Source: the human T2T-CHM13v2.0 reference genome, Homo sapiens. Taken from it: a stretch of DNA of 64,000 nucleotides. Positions 39,073 to 52,737 of the stretch are shown here, one piece after another. The notes beneath the pieces were generated by a model. It worked only from the letters and a program-made list of their open reading frames with translations. It had not been told where the DNA came from and ran no database searches. The stretch lies in NCBI RefSeq assembly GCF_009914755.1, contig NC_060927.1; one strand, given 5' to 3'. The translations under genes were made by a program, and so were the position numbers. Within the stretch, counting starts at the first letter, position 1. Each line of letters starts with the position of its first letter.

Positions 39073-39522
39073 CTGTACCAAAACAAAGGAGAAAAATTTT
39101 AGAAACTGTAAGATATTAAGCTATAGCATTTTTTTGAATATCAAATTTTATTAATAATTTGCATCATAATTTTACAGACAGGACAATGGATTTAGACAGG
39201 AAAAAAGAATTGGGAGAAAAATCCTATTCTATAATACTAATCCTCCAATTAATATTTATGTTTTAATTGTCATTAACTGGGTTTCAAATGTTATTACGCC
39301 TCAACCTTTAGACTTCAGCAGAGAAAGACAAATTTATTTCTGTATTCAGAGAGAGTCAATTATCACTTTAAGAATTCAAGAATGTTGGAAGCTGTAGCTC
39401 CTTCAAATCTGTTTAATTGTGAATCAAGTACCACAGCTTGAACTTTCATATTCCGTGGATGTAACTGATGTTAATTTAAAATGTGTGGAATAAATGAATC
39501 AAAGCATTAAAACCTTTGCTAC

Positions 39523-39594
39523 CTTCAGTCTTTGGCTCCTCTGGCCAGAGTGGTGCTTTGGCAGTGGGATATACATAGTCTGTTTTGGCTGGTG
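39523..39594 (-). CDS. ABI3BP: ABI3BP exon, diverged A-type (APAKTDYVYPTAKAPLWPEEPKTE)
   Basis: tttcttccctag|CA CCA...GAA G|gtagca; 72 nt. Confidence 0.83.
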
Positions 39595-40261
39595 CTAGGG
39601 AAGAAACGGGAATGGCTGGTTAGTGGTGGCCAACCCAAAGCACACTGTAATAGAACCCTGCATTTAATTTAAAAATAGAATTGAGCTATCTTAAGCAGAT
39701 ATATTCTTGAGAATAATTAACATTTAGGTAGATTATGAAGATGACCACAATTTAGGAGGGCAGAAATGAAAGCAGGAAATGAAGGCAGTGTGCTATGTGG
39801 GAAACATGCACACCCCATACATAATGTGTGGCAGAGTCAACAGCACTTCTACCTGGAACAAAGCAGATAATTCCATTTTCATTTTTTTTTTCGTATAAGA
39901 ATTCCAGTTAGAAACACACATAGAATGAGTACTTGGAGAGCAAAAGCACGGGATGAATCCTAAAAGTGATATGAAAATGAAAAGTAGGTTGTACATATTC
40001 ATATTGAAAGAGCAATCAGAAAAGGTTAAAATTTTCGTTTCGAGTGAGAATAAGGAAATTATGAAACTTGCATAGCAATACAGCAGATGTGAACACAATG
40101 TGCTGTATACAATGACATTCAAGACCCACTGGATGAGCACAGACAAGCTGTGAGGAGCAAGTGGCTATGAAATGTCACAAAGCATGAGGACATCCAGAGA
40201 TGACTTTGCAATGAGATGGAAAAGCACATATGCTTGACTTCCCATTGGGGAACATTTTTAC

Positions 40262-40318
40262 CTATGGTCTCCTTTGGTGACTCAGTACTAAGTGTAACCG
40301 ATTCCAGAACATCAGAAA
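40262..40318 (-). CDS. ABI3BP: ABI3BP exon, B-type (VSDVLESVTLSTESPKETI)
   Basis: tttttactag|TT TCT...ATA G|gtaaaa; 57 nt. Confidence 0.85.
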   Translation of the reverse strand, partial: FLMFWNRLHLVLSHQRRP

Positions 40319-40681
40319 CTAGTAAAAAACAGAAAATGGTACAATTGATAAAGGATAGGTTGTAAGTATTTATAAAAGTGCTTTGCATCCAGTAAGTGTT
40401 CAATGTTAACTGTTATAGGGTAACAACATTATTAACACTAAGGGAAGCTCTCATAACTGAACTGAATTCACAACATGATAACTACTGTACGTTACCATTA
40501 ACAACCTACTTTGTACATTCAACATGAGTACCAAAATGTCATTTATCTAATTAAAAGATACTCATAAGAGATGGAAAGAAATTACAGTCCTACGGAAGAA
40601 AAATATAGGATCCAGTGTTTTAAAATAAATGTCAGGAAGTAGCAACAACATTACTAATACTGACTTTTAAAATTTGCATCC

Positions 40682-40975
40682 ATTTTTTTTTCCCCAGACA
40701 GGGTCTGGCTTTGTCAACCAGATGGAGTAGGGTGGCATGAACATGGCTCACTGCAGTCTTGACCTCCTGGGCTCAAGCGATCCTCCTACCTGAGCCTCCT
40801 AAGTAACTGGGACTACAGGCATGCACCACTATGCCCAGCTAATTTTTGTATCTTTTGTAGAGTTGGGGTTTTGCCATGTTGCCAAGGCTGGTCATAAAAT
40901 TCTGAGCTCAAGCAACCCATCAGCCTTGGCCTACCAAAGTGTTGGGATTACAGGTGTGAGCCACTATGCCTGGCC
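40682..40975 (-). mobile_element. Alu (AluJ-like)
   Basis: Antisense dimer with gggctcaagcgatcctcc. Confidence 0.92.
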
Positions 40976-41455
40976 TATTTACAAGCTTGAAGGGCAGTAT
41001 GTTTTAAAGGGTTCACATTATTTTTGTGGAAATTTTATTATTTTTACTGAAGTGAGAAATTTCTCCTTCCTTGATGGTCACAATTGAACTAGTGTTCTTT
41101 TAGCACAAATTTAATTTACTATTAAAGAGAGCCACAAACTTGTAACTGTTGAAAAAATAAGGATAAATAATAAAATCAGTTCTTCTAAGTGGTTTGTCAA
41201 CCACTTAATCAGATATGTGGTTATTTTCTAGAATGATACAAATGCATTGAAAAGTATTTTTATACATTCAAATAGTAATATTAATGTATTACTAATTTAA
41301 CAATATGGAATCACAAAAAAGAGCATTGTGCAATATTTACAGTTATTAATGTATATTCCTTTTTCATTTTTTATCTTTGGAAATATAACTTAGAGAATTA
41401 CAGTATGCCTCTTAAAGCACACAGTATACCCAGACAGATAAAACAATCTATTTAC

Positions 41456-41530
41456 CAGGTTGACTTTCTGTCATTTCTAGGCTTGGTGATGTCACTGGTT
41501 TCAAAATAAGAGTTTGCAGTTCAGTCAGAG
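41456..41530 (-). CDS. ABI3BP: ABI3BP exon, diverged A-type (ALTELQTLILKPVTSPSLEMTESQP)
   Basis: cttctttcag|CT CTG...CCT G|gtaaat; 75 nt. Confidence 0.85.
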
Positions 41531-41675
41531 CTGAAAGAAGAGGGTCTCAATTGTAAGAGTAATTTTCAGTTATTTATTTCATAGGTTTTAGACAGAGGTA
41601 GCAGTGAAATAAAATACACAGACCCTGAAAATCATGAGGTTATGGAGAGCCATACAGAATGTGCCCTATTTAAAG

Positions 41676-41994
41676 CAGAGGTCAGCAAACTATAGCCCTT
41701 CCAAGTCTAGCCAGTGGGCCAATAATGATTCTCACATTTTTTTTAAGCGATGGGAAAAAATGAAAAGTGGTATTTCATGACACGTGAAAATGGCATGAAA
41801 TTCAAATAAAGTTTTATTGGAACATAGCCATAGAATGAACTAAAATTGTTCAGGGCATATTCATGAATCAGCTTTGGTTGCCTTCAAGCTAAAACAGCAG
41901 AATTGAGTAGCTATAACAGAAACTGAACAGCCCACAAATTCTAAAATAGTTATTGCTTAACTTTTCACAGAAAAAAAAAAATTGCTGACTCCTG
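41676..41994. mobile_element. MER58B-like hAT MITE
   Basis: cagaggtcagcaaact...ttgctgactcctg inverted termini; aataaagttttattggaac. Confidence 0.75.
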
Positions 41995-43706
41995 ATTCAA
42001 AATGTCCTTCTGAAAAAGCAGGAGCCTATTTGGAAAATTAAGTTCTCATGGACTATTGTATCTGAATCTCAGTTCCTACAAGAGCTAAGAGCTGCCTATA
42101 GCTGATTTCATGACAGTAATATTAACAAAATGTTGAATATCATCTAGGAGTGTTTTGTTCTATATTTTAGTTTCACCATCCCCTTAGCCACCATTGACAA
42201 GTATTGATACTTGTTTTATTTGTGCTGTTCCCACCCTTCCACCCTCTAATCCAAATCCTATAATTATTTCAAAGTCCAACTACTCTCTGTCATCAGCCCA
42301 CATCGTTCCTTGACTCCTGTAAATATTTTGTTTTTACTACTCAATTAAACAAGAACTCTCATAGGAGGAAATTGCTCTATATCTAGAAAACTGTATCTAA
42401 GAAAACCTTAGGGTTTCTTCATGATTACTTTGTACTTTAAGAGGTAAAATGTGTCCTTTCTTTTGGTTTCTACCTCTGTTCCTTATTCCACCCCACTCAA
42501 CTGTTAATATGGTGTTGGGTACACAAAGAATGAGGAAATGATTGTCTTCTTAAGCAAAAGTAGCAGCACCATTGAGAAAGAGATGAATGAAATGGAATAA
42601 GAACTGTATAAGATCGATCCTTTGTTAGATACAGTCCTTATGTAGGGCACACGATGAATTTAGCCACTGGATAGATCTCCCTCAGCTATGAATCTAATAA
42701 TGAGCCCTGTAATTGTCAAGCTGTTGACCACTGTAAGTGCCTTTTCTCTCAGAAGGCACAGAAATGATATTCAAGCTTATTGTCATACCTGTGATTCAAG
42801 TGCAATGGGCTAAGACTCCTTAAACCTTCTAAAACCTAAGCCATAGATTTTCGTTATTTCAACTGAGAGGGTTTAGGGAGTTTAAGGTCTGAGGGATGGA
42901 ATAACCCCTATTCATCCTCCTTTATGTCTTTGAAACTAAAAGATGATGATCTTAGGTTGCTATAGTGTTTGTAGGTCTAGAAATCATTGAAAGCATTGTA
43001 TGTAGACTTATGTTTTCTAAAACATGTTAGATTTTCTTGAGTTTATTTCCTAAATTAAAAAAAATTACTTTGTTTCTGATCATCACTAAGGGTTCCTTTA
43101 GAGACCAAAATCACATATGAAGTGATTAAAGGAATAAATATTGAACATGCATAGATATTCAGAGGGATTCCTACTTAGCGAAGATTAAGAGCCATTACTA
43201 AACAGTAGTGAAGAACAGTGGTCAAGCTTATCAATGATTGAGGAGCCTGGAACTTTCAGGGAAATCTATTTTAATGTAATAGGGACACCTTATTCCTTAA
43301 AATAGGAAGAAAATAATGAGACTAAGACACAGGTTTTATAGAAACTAAGTTACTCAAAGGGAGTTCATGGTACTTAATTGTTGCTTTATAGATCTAAATA
43401 CCAAATGGAAGGGTATTTAGATCTATAAATACTAAATACCAATTTGGACCTCAGATTTAACACTGAATCATATGGTGCAAATTTAAAGAGAGTTTCATGC
43501 TGGACAGCTGTCCTTCACTGGGTCCAGGGACATCTGCGAAAAACAACAGGTAACACTTGAATTAAAACTGCTGACTATTTTAAAATGAAGTGTAGAATGG
43601 AATAACAGCGTCTTAGGAAGCAGAAGCAACTCTGGTCATGACAGTGCTCAAGTGCGTTTTTAAATGGCAATAAAAAGCATTTAATGCAAGTCACAAAAAT
43701 CATTAC

Positions 43707-43766
43707 CAAATGTTGTTCCTGGAGCATCAGTACTATGAACAACAGGTTCAAAGCCTGTAACAGAAA
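43707..43766 (-). CDS. ABI3BP: ABI3BP exon, B-type (VSVTGFEPVVHSTDAPGTTF)
   Basis: ttttggttag|TT TCT...TTT G|gtaatg; 60 nt. Confidence 0.86.
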
Positions 43767-44482
43767 CTAACCAAAAGCAACAACATGAATACAAGAAAGC
43801 TTAAAGACTTTTTAAAAAAAATCCTCAATTTTTATTTTAAAACATGAGTTTCAAATGATACACAATTTTTTAAAACTTTTGAATTGATAGGCAGCATATA
43901 GTTGCTTTTGGAAGATTTGGCCACACTAGCTAGAACAATTCATCAAAGAAGGTAGTTACAACCTTTGAACTCTGTTACATATCTTGATATTATCCACATG
44001 AGGTTTTCCTAGGTATTTGGTTTTCTAACTAGTATGGATATTTGGCTTTGGAAATTTGTTTAGGCAACAGATACGAAAATACAGAGAGAAATATATATGA
44101 AAGTAACTTGTTGCTTTTCTTGGAAGTTGAAAATAAATGCCTGTTTATGTAATCATAACAAATGGATCACATGTTTCAATGCAGATATAGCAATAAATAC
44201 CCATGAGTATGCTAATCTCGCTGTAAACACATCTTTAAAGAGGGACCAAGAACGTCATCCAAACCAAGTCATTTAGGAGATCAGGCACACAAGTGGCTCC
44301 AAGCCATGTTCTCCTGGATAGCTCTGTACGAGAAGCAGTTGCTACCCATGTTAAATAATTTGATTCTTAGAAAACATGATGACTGTTACTTCCCGTCATA
44401 GGCATTTCTTTAGGACTTTATTGGGACAGCCTGCCAGGGTTCAGGTTCCTTGGCTACTTAAGCCAAGGATTCATACATTTAC

Positions 44483-44563
44483 CCGATTTGTTCTGAGGTA
44501 CTTCAGGACTTGATGTAGTTTTGGGTCTGGGACGGGGACGACGTGTCCGTTGTGTTTTAGGAG
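44483..44563 (-). CDS. ABI3BP: ABI3BP exon, A-type (APKTQRTRRPRPRPKTTSSPEVPQNKS)
   Basis: ttcttccttcag|CT CCT...TCG G|gtaaat; 81 nt. Confidence 0.88.
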
Positions 44564-45230
44564 CTGAAGGAAGAAACTTTGGATTACTCTAGTGCAGGTG
44601 GCTTTGGAGACAAAACTTTAGGTTTTTAAAGGTATGTCATATTTCCTTGAGATTTAAGTCATATGTCTTTTAAGATTAAAATATTTTCTATTTTGTTAAT
44701 TTTCTTAATCACTGAAGATTCTTGAGAGAGAAAACTTACATATAAAATCAAGTTGAAAAGTGAAGAGACTCATACATCTTTAACTTCAGAAACACTAGAG
44801 CCAAACTCTGGATGATAGAGTCTCAGGCTCACACTAAATCTTTTGAGTATGCCAAAGAATCCATGATACCATAAGAACTGTTAGAGTTTAGTCAGTTTAG
44901 ATATGATATAGCCACCAGCAACTGTGTTTGAAATTTAGCTTCAGACATGAGTGACATGAATGCTGTTTAGACAAAAGTACATGACACAAATTCAAATAAG
45001 ATTACATGGTAGACTCTGAACTAGGTCCATGCATAGCTTTTGAAAATAATAGGTAACTTCTAAGGATCACTAATACTCAAATATAAAGTTGAAGGACAAT
45101 ATAAAGTTGAAGGATAGCAGAAGATGACAAGATAGTCCTACAAAGCTGATGACAATGTGATTATGATAATGATGGAATGGATTTGAAAATAAGGAGGAAA
45201 AAGTTATTCAGGAACACAGAATATCATTAC

Positions 45231-45290
45231 CTAACGTTGTTTCTGGAAACTTGGTTCTAAAAGTGTCAGGTTCAAGGACTGTAGTAACAA
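45231..45290 (-). CDS. ABI3BP: ABI3BP exon, B-type (VVTTVLEPDTFRTKFPETTL)
   Basis: ttttgtctag|TT GTT...TTA G|gtaatg; 60 nt. Confidence 0.86.
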   Translation of the reverse strand: MLLQSLNLTLLEPSFQKQR

Positions 45291-46319
45291 CTAGACAAAA
45301 ATAATAAAATAAAGCAAAAAGATTTAACTTGAATATTAATTTCACAGTTCAATTTTTAAGCTTCAGAACTTAAAAGTAAGGCTTGTTTTTTGCAGATTTG
45401 GCCAAACCATGGTCAGGTACCCATTAGTCTCATAAGACAGATTTGCAAGACAGCATTGCACTCAGCTTAATATCACTATGTGGTCAACAAAACATTCTCC
45501 TAGATGTTTGATTATCTGATTCTTGCTACACATTAGTGGAAGATTGTTGGACAAGCTTTTTACACATTTGCATAATATATGCTTTTCTAACTGTATTGAA
45601 AAAGGCGTTTATCAGTCTACTTGCACTTCTATAGAAGTTGGGATAAATATCTTGTTAACTACTGTCTAAGTAACTATGGATACAATAAAGAGTTCATATG
45701 TATGAAAGCATAAAGAACACCATGTAATTAATAAACTGTGCTTATCAAAATCTCAAAGTATTCCTTGATTCAGTAAAAGTTAAGAAACTGTTAAATCTTA
45801 ATAGAGATGAATAAAGAGTCAGTCTATCCTATTATGGAAGCCTCTCATTAAAACTTTCAAGACTTACGTACATTTTACAATTTGACAATTTACTAAAAAC
45901 ATCATTCCTTGAAACAAAAAAATCAATGTTACACAGATCCTAATAAAATGAAAAATAATATGAGCAAAGAAACACTGTGCTTCCCTACAATTGATGAGGA
46001 ATAAGCAGCATAAATAAGGGATAGAGATTCGTGCTTGAAATGCAGCTTAAAATGGTCAATGCTCTTTAAACGAATGCACATGATCGCATGACACATTGAA
46101 CGGTTAAAAGCAGTTTGATGTCCTGATATTAGTTCATGCACAGTTCTCTCAAATTCAGCTGATAATGTGACACAGAGCCTAGCATAATTTCAAGATAAAG
46201 ACTATAATGGAATGATGACAAAGAATGACAGGATGGTCTTATGATGAAGAAGAAACTGACTACAGTGGTATGACAATAAGCAGGAAAAGCACTATTTGAA
46301 GGACACACATTCTCATTAC

Positions 46320-46376
46320 CCATGGTTTTTGGAGCTTCAGTTCTGAGAGTACCAGGTTCAAGATCTGTAGAAGGAA
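46320..46376 (-). CDS. ABI3BP: ABI3BP exon, B-type (VPSTDLEPGTLRTEAPKTM)
   Basis: ttttaattag|TT CCT...ATG G|gtaatg; 57 nt. Confidence 0.86.
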
Positions 46377-47464
46377 CTAATTAAAAGCAATGAAATAAAC
46401 TTGTGAAAAGCCAGTAAATTATATCTTTCCATTATAATACTGCTTCAATCAGTATATAGCAATTTTAAGAAATTTTCTGAAACTTGATACTTGTTATTTG
46501 AAGACTTGGCCATCTTATAGCCAGATAAACAATTTTTTTAAAAGGCACTTAGTCACAGCCTACACAATTTGGCACACATCTCAATAAAGCCCATGTAATA
46601 TTCTCCTAGGTGTCTGAGTACTTAGTTCCAACTATTGTAGAAGACTGCCCTAGAAGCTTATTCAGACATTTTGCCAAATATATACTTATTTAACTGTCCT
46701 AGTAACTGTTGGCATGTTTGTGGAAGCTTTAACAGTGTGTCTAAATGAGCACGAATACAGTCAACAGCCTGTTTGAGAGAAGACATAGCAAAGAATAAAG
46801 CAAAGTGAATCATAGGCTGAGATTTCATTTGCAGTAAAGGCACTCAGCAAATCAGGATAAGGGACAAACATGCAGAGTAGCTCTCTACTCTCTAATCATA
46901 AAAGTGCAGGACCCTAGATGGGTGATGCTTCTTGGGTCAGATGCAAACTTCCGAGTCATATCTTCAAGGACTTTCTTCAACTGCTCTTATAAACCCTTCC
47001 AAATTCAGCTGTCATCACTACTTAGAAGCCGAATCCTGTGTGTTTCAGGAAGCATGTGCCCTCTGACTTGCCTCTACTCTTCCTGTCTGACTCTCTTCAT
47101 CTTTAAGATTTTAAGACCCAACTTCTTTCCAATTATTTATTCTTATTCTTCATAACATTTTCTTTTTCTAAGCTTTTAGATGTGTATAGCACCCCTCAAA
47201 ACAAGTTCAATTTACCCAGATACACTCCCTTGCTTCAATCTTTGAATGTTTCATACTGGGACAGGTTTTGATCTTGACTATACTACAGAGTAAGATGTGA
47301 AAAACAAGCTTCCTCCTCCTGTGATAGCCTCACAGTTGTTGATGTGGCTGTGGGAAGATAGAAGGCACTTAATTTTTTTTCTAGAAATAAAAATGCCTGG
47401 TTCTATTTAATGCATTTTTGTATTTATGAGGACAATTGAATGAAATAAAAAGTAGTAAATAAGA

Positions 47465-47770
47465 GGCCGGGCGTGGTGGCTTACACCTGTAATCCCAGCA
47501 CTTTGGGAGGCTGAGGCAAGCAGATAACAAGGTCAGGAGTTTGAGACCAGTCTGACTAACATGGTGAAACCCGTCTCTACTGAAAATACAAAAATTAGCT
47601 GGGTGTGGTGGCACGCGCCTGCAATCCCAGCTACTCAGGAGGCTGAGGCAGGAGAATTGCTTGAACCGGGAGGTGGAGGTTGCAGTGAGCTGAGATCGTG
47701 CCACTGCACTCCAGCCGGGGCAACAGAGTAAGACTCCGTCTCAAAAAAAAAAAAAAAAAAAAAAAGAAAG
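47465..47770 (+). mobile_element. Alu (AluS-like)
   Basis: Full dimer plus poly-A; flanking tagtaaataaga duplication. Confidence 0.96.
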
Positions 47771-48015
47771 AATTAGTAAATAAGATACACAGTAAGAGAC
47801 AGACCTATATGCAGAAAATGCAAGGAATTCACCTGCCACAAAGATCTATCCCAACTGTGTTCTCCTTTGCTAACTCAACAGGGGGAGCAGTAGCACATCT
47901 TTTGTGCCTTCATCCACATGGTACTCACACAGGCCATCACTCCCATCATTGGCATCAGTTATAAATTCCTGAGAGCAGCTAGGATGAGCTACTTTAACCA
48001 GAAACCCAAATTTAC

Positions 48016-48099
48016 CCAGTTTGGTTTGAGGAACCTCAGGACTTGGTGTGGTTTTAGTTTTGGGACGTGGACGACGAGTTCGTTGTGATGTTTTAGGAG
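48016..48099 (-). CDS. ABI3BP: ABI3BP exon, A-type (APKTSQRTRRPRPKTKTTPSPEVPQTKL)
   Basis: tctttcttcag|CT CCT...CTG G|gtaaat; 84 nt. Confidence 0.88.
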
Positions 48100-48849
48100 C
48101 TGAAGAAAGAAAACCTTTAGTTACTACAGAGTCCGTAGCTCCGAAGCTATGAGTAGCATGACATACGGTTTGAGATCTCTTAAAACTTACTAGATTTTCT
48201 CATATTTCAGGAAATTTGTCTTTTTAACTTTTTAATTAGAAACATTCACTATTACAATTGAAGAAAGTTGATTGGGAGGAAGTGTCACATTCTAAAATGA
48301 AATTGCTAAATTAAGAAGTGAAGAATAGTCAATAGGACTCACCAAATAAAAAGGTCAAGAGTCACTGCTAAAATATAGTGGTGGTGGTCAGTTATAAGTT
48401 CTTTGACAATTAGTAAAATAAGACCACATAATTAATGAAAATGTCAATCAGAGAATATCACATAGATAGCAAAAATAAATGAGTAAATAGAACTTTAGAT
48501 TCATAAAGAAACTCTCTGGTATCACAATCATGTTAGAATCAAGAAAACTGCATTTTAAAGTCACCTTTAACAAAAAAATTGGTTAAAAAACACACTGGAT
48601 GACAAAATAATTTCAGATGGTTACATAGCCAAAACATAGACTGAGTTAGGTTCATGCATGGCTCTTTTAAAAACAAAGGGTGATTTAAGAGTCAGAATTT
48701 TCAATACTTTTAGGATGAAGAATATGATGGAATGAAACAGAGAATGATGATGTAGTCTTGAAAAGCATAAGAATCTGCGGCTATGATGATGGAATGGGTT
48801 TGACGATGAGAAGGAAGAACACTTAATGAGGATTGCAACGTGCTATTAC

Positions 48850-48909
48850 CTTGTGTTGTCACCCAAGTCTCAGTTCTGAGTGTAACAGGTTTGAGCTCCG
48901 CAGTAGGAA
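48850..48909 (-). CDS. ABI3BP: ABI3BP exon, B-type (VPTAELKPVTLRTETWVTTQ)
   Basis: ttttgatcag|TT CCT...CAA G|gtaata; 60 nt. Confidence 0.88.
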
Positions 48910-49200
48910 CTGATCAAAAGCATTAAAATTAACCAAATGATTATTTTAAATGAATGTAAACTCAAAACTTTTCTTCAAAAATGAGTCTTACTAGTATAAT
49001 ACAGCTTATAGAATTATATAGCAACCTTTAAAAACTGTTAAAACTAAAAAAGTAGACAGTTGATTTCCTAAAATTTGACTATACCTAACTCAGGTACCTA
49101 TTTCCTTATTCCTCATTCTCTGGTTATCTAATTAATAATACAAAATGGACTATGTAGGTATTGCTAAGAACTCATCTTTGGAAAGAGACGGAGGCCTTAG

Positions 49201-49696
<496 letters not shown>

Positions 49697-50384
49697 AAGT
49701 AAGACATCTTTATATCAGTTGTCCAGTTAGACTGTCTCCTCTGGTTGGTCTCTACTTGTGTCTTTTCCTTTTGATTTTATTCTTCCCACCCTTCTACTCA
49801 TCCCTGTGCCTTGGTGATTTCAAGGCTCTATTTCTCCTTAATCTATATTTCCCTGATCCAAATATTTACACACCAAGCACATCTTGTTGATAGCACTCCA
49901 AAACCAGTCTTGTATTTGCACAGATACTGCCCCATACCATCTTTTACTTTATTTACAAAGGAAAGGCTTCTGTTCTCAACTGTCTTACAGGTTTGAGGAT
50001 CAAAATGCATCTCTGACATCTGATGTATACCCCAAATGTGCTAATATGATTGGGAGGATATCTAAGGCACTTAATGTTTGTTGACTTGAGCTGAATATGT
50101 CTAATTTTTCTAAAGAAGTTTTATTTTTAAGAGATAAATGGAAGTTAATAAAATGCACAGTGCCAGAAAAGACTGCACAAAGGAAGCATGAGGCATTCAC
50201 AGTTGCTCCACAGATCTCCTAACAGTGTTTCTCTTACATCTTCACAGTGGGATCTGCTGCTAACCATGAGTTGTAGCTTCCCTCTCACAGGGGCCTATTG
50301 GTTACTCCCAACCACTGGGATTACTCTTGAGACCCTACTGGCTTAGGCTGCAGGGACTCTTTAAACCAGGAACACATAGTTTAC

Positions 50385-50468
50385 CTGGTTTGGATTCAGG
50401 TGCTTCAGGACGTGGTGTGGTTTTTGTTCTGAGACGTGGACGACGTGTCCGTTGTGATGTTTTGGAAG
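50385..50468 (-). CDS. ABI3BP: ABI3BP exon, A-type (ASKTSQRTRRPRLRTKTTPRPEAPESKP)
   Basis: ttcttccttcag|CT TCC...CCA G|gtaaac; 84 nt. Confidence 0.88.
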
Positions 50469-51253
50469 CTGAAGGAAGAAGTTCTTGGGTTACAACATAA
50501 CTGCATTATCTATGATTCTGGAAGCTGTGTGAGGTAAAAAAACATGACTCTACTGCTTGATAGATATTTGCCTTTTAGTTCGAGATTTTTGTCACATGCA
50601 TTCCTCCTTATAGATCTTTTATCATAGAAAGCTCCTTAAGACAAAAATCACTTTTTAATTTGAGAAATAAAGATTAGAAATTTTAATGAAAATCTCATAG
50701 GGTAGCTTTACTGGGTACCAAAAAGGTTAAGTACTATTGCCAAATTTTAATGGATAATGAAGGACAGTTCCACTAAATCTGAGATTTACAACTTACTCTT
50801 TCAATTTTTGGCACATATTCTATAGAGCTCTTAAAATCTGAACATATTATGACCTTATTAGAGACAAAACAATAAATATCTATGCAAATAGAAAAAAGGG
50901 TAAAAATTCAGATGTACAATGGGTTCTCTGGCTTTATGAGAGTTAATAGCCTTATCTGTCCAGGAAGGAGTTAGAAACCCACTAATATGTTTGAAACATA
51001 GCTTTATCACAAACACTGTTTAAACAAAACACAGAATAACATGACAATTTCAAGCAGATTATATGGCATATAAACGTCCTCAAGTAGATTCATGCATGAC
51101 TGCTTCTCTTAAAAACAACAGTTAAGAGTCTTATAATTTCAAGAAGAGTTGAATGGCCATCAAGAATGACACTGTTGTCTCAAGAAACAAATTGAAACTC
51201 TAGGTTTGACAATAAGCAAAAGAAGCTTGTCGAAAACACTGTATCAACGTTAC

Positions 51254-51310
51254 CTAATGTTGTTGAGGCCTCAGGTCTAAGAGTGACAGGTTCTAGGACT
51301 GTAGCAGGAA
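51254..51310 (-). CDS. ABI3BP: ABI3BP exon, B-type (VPATVLEPVTLRPEASTTL)
   Basis: ttttggtcag|TT CCT...TTA G|gtaacg; 57 nt. Confidence 0.88.
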
Positions 51311-52653
51311 CTGACCAAAACAACATGTAAATCAAAGAGATTTTTAAACATATGAGAAGTTAGAACACTCACATGCAAACAAATTTTACTGGTATGTCAA
51401 TTCTTCCAGAGAAACAAAAAAAAAATTAACTTCTTAACTGAAGGAAAGAATGTGTGTTTGTTCATTGATGATTTGGCCAAACTATAGGCATGGTGAGTCT
51501 CAGGCTTAGCTGTTGAACTATCTTGAGTATGTTAAAGAAGTCAACATGAAATTCTATTATGTTTTTAACTAATGAATTCTGATATGGAAAACTGCACTGG
51601 AAAACATTTTAATGCATTTATCTCACATATACTTAGAAATTGTCTTAAAAGATACAATTACTCTGTACTTCTGAATATTAGCGCTTATTACATATAAGTA
51701 AACATGGATACAAGAGACAGTTCATATGTTTGATACCGACATAAAAAAGTAATCATTGAAGTGGACTATGTTCATCTTGCCAAGAACTCATCTATACACA
51801 GAGTTTGAGACCTCTGTCCAAACCATGACACCTAAGAGAACAGGGTGGTCACTCAGCCTGTAATAATCGGTAGAGCATCTGTCTGCCCTCAGCCCAGAAT
51901 AAGTGGAAATCAAAGACTTTTGATGTCTCTGTATCAAATCTAAGCTTCTGAATCAGGTCCTCAAAATCCTTCTTCATCTGGCTTGATGTACCCTTCCAAA
52001 TGCACCATCATCAACAGTCGTATATGACCATCTAGAAGGAGTCCATCTAGACTGGACTGCCTTTCTAGCTGACCCAACACATGTGGTCCTTCTGCCCTAG
52101 TTCATTCTTCCCTCCATTCATCCAAATCCTCAGTGGGCCCAAGGTCCAAGTCCAGCCCACCTCGATCTTATCTTTTGAGATAAAACACAAAGATCATTGC
52201 TTTATATTTGTGTCAGGCAAACATATCTTCAACTCCACGCTTTCTGCAGTAAAATAACTCTCCTAAAGCTGACATATCACCCATGGTTGCCAGCATGGGA
52301 ACGGGAATATGCAAGGCACTTACGATTATGTTTTCTTGAACTGAATATGTTGGCTCTGCTAAAGAAGTTCTACCTTTAAGATGTGAATGGAATTTGACAG
52401 TAAGAAATATACTAACTATGTGGTTTCAAAGAAAAGTCTCACATAGAAATAATAAGATATGCTGGCATCAGTTGGGTCTCACCCACACATTATTCTCCTT
52501 GAAAGCTGAGCAGAGGAGATGGTACTGATGATGCCTTATGCCCTCGTGCTTAGGGAGAATAAGACCTGTTGCTGCTCAGCATTGACACTGCTTCAGTCCC
52601 CACTGCGACAGGCTGCCAGGGATCACCCTTAAACCAAGGAATCACAGATTTAC

Positions 52654-52737
52654 CAGGTTTGGTCTCAGGTGCCTGAGGGCTCGGTGTAGTTTTAGGTCTG
52701 GGACGTGGAGGGCGGGTTCTTTTTGATGTTTTGGTAG
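52654..52737 (-). CDS. ABI3BP: ABI3BP exon, A-type (ATKTSKRTRPPRPRPKTTPSPQAPETKP)
   Basis: ttcttccttcag|CT ACC...CCT G|gtaaat; 84 nt. Confidence 0.88.

Noticed and set aside
42789-42862. 74-nt exon-like element (minus strand)
   Set aside because: Has a stop, is not 3n, and its composition is unlike ABI3BP exons
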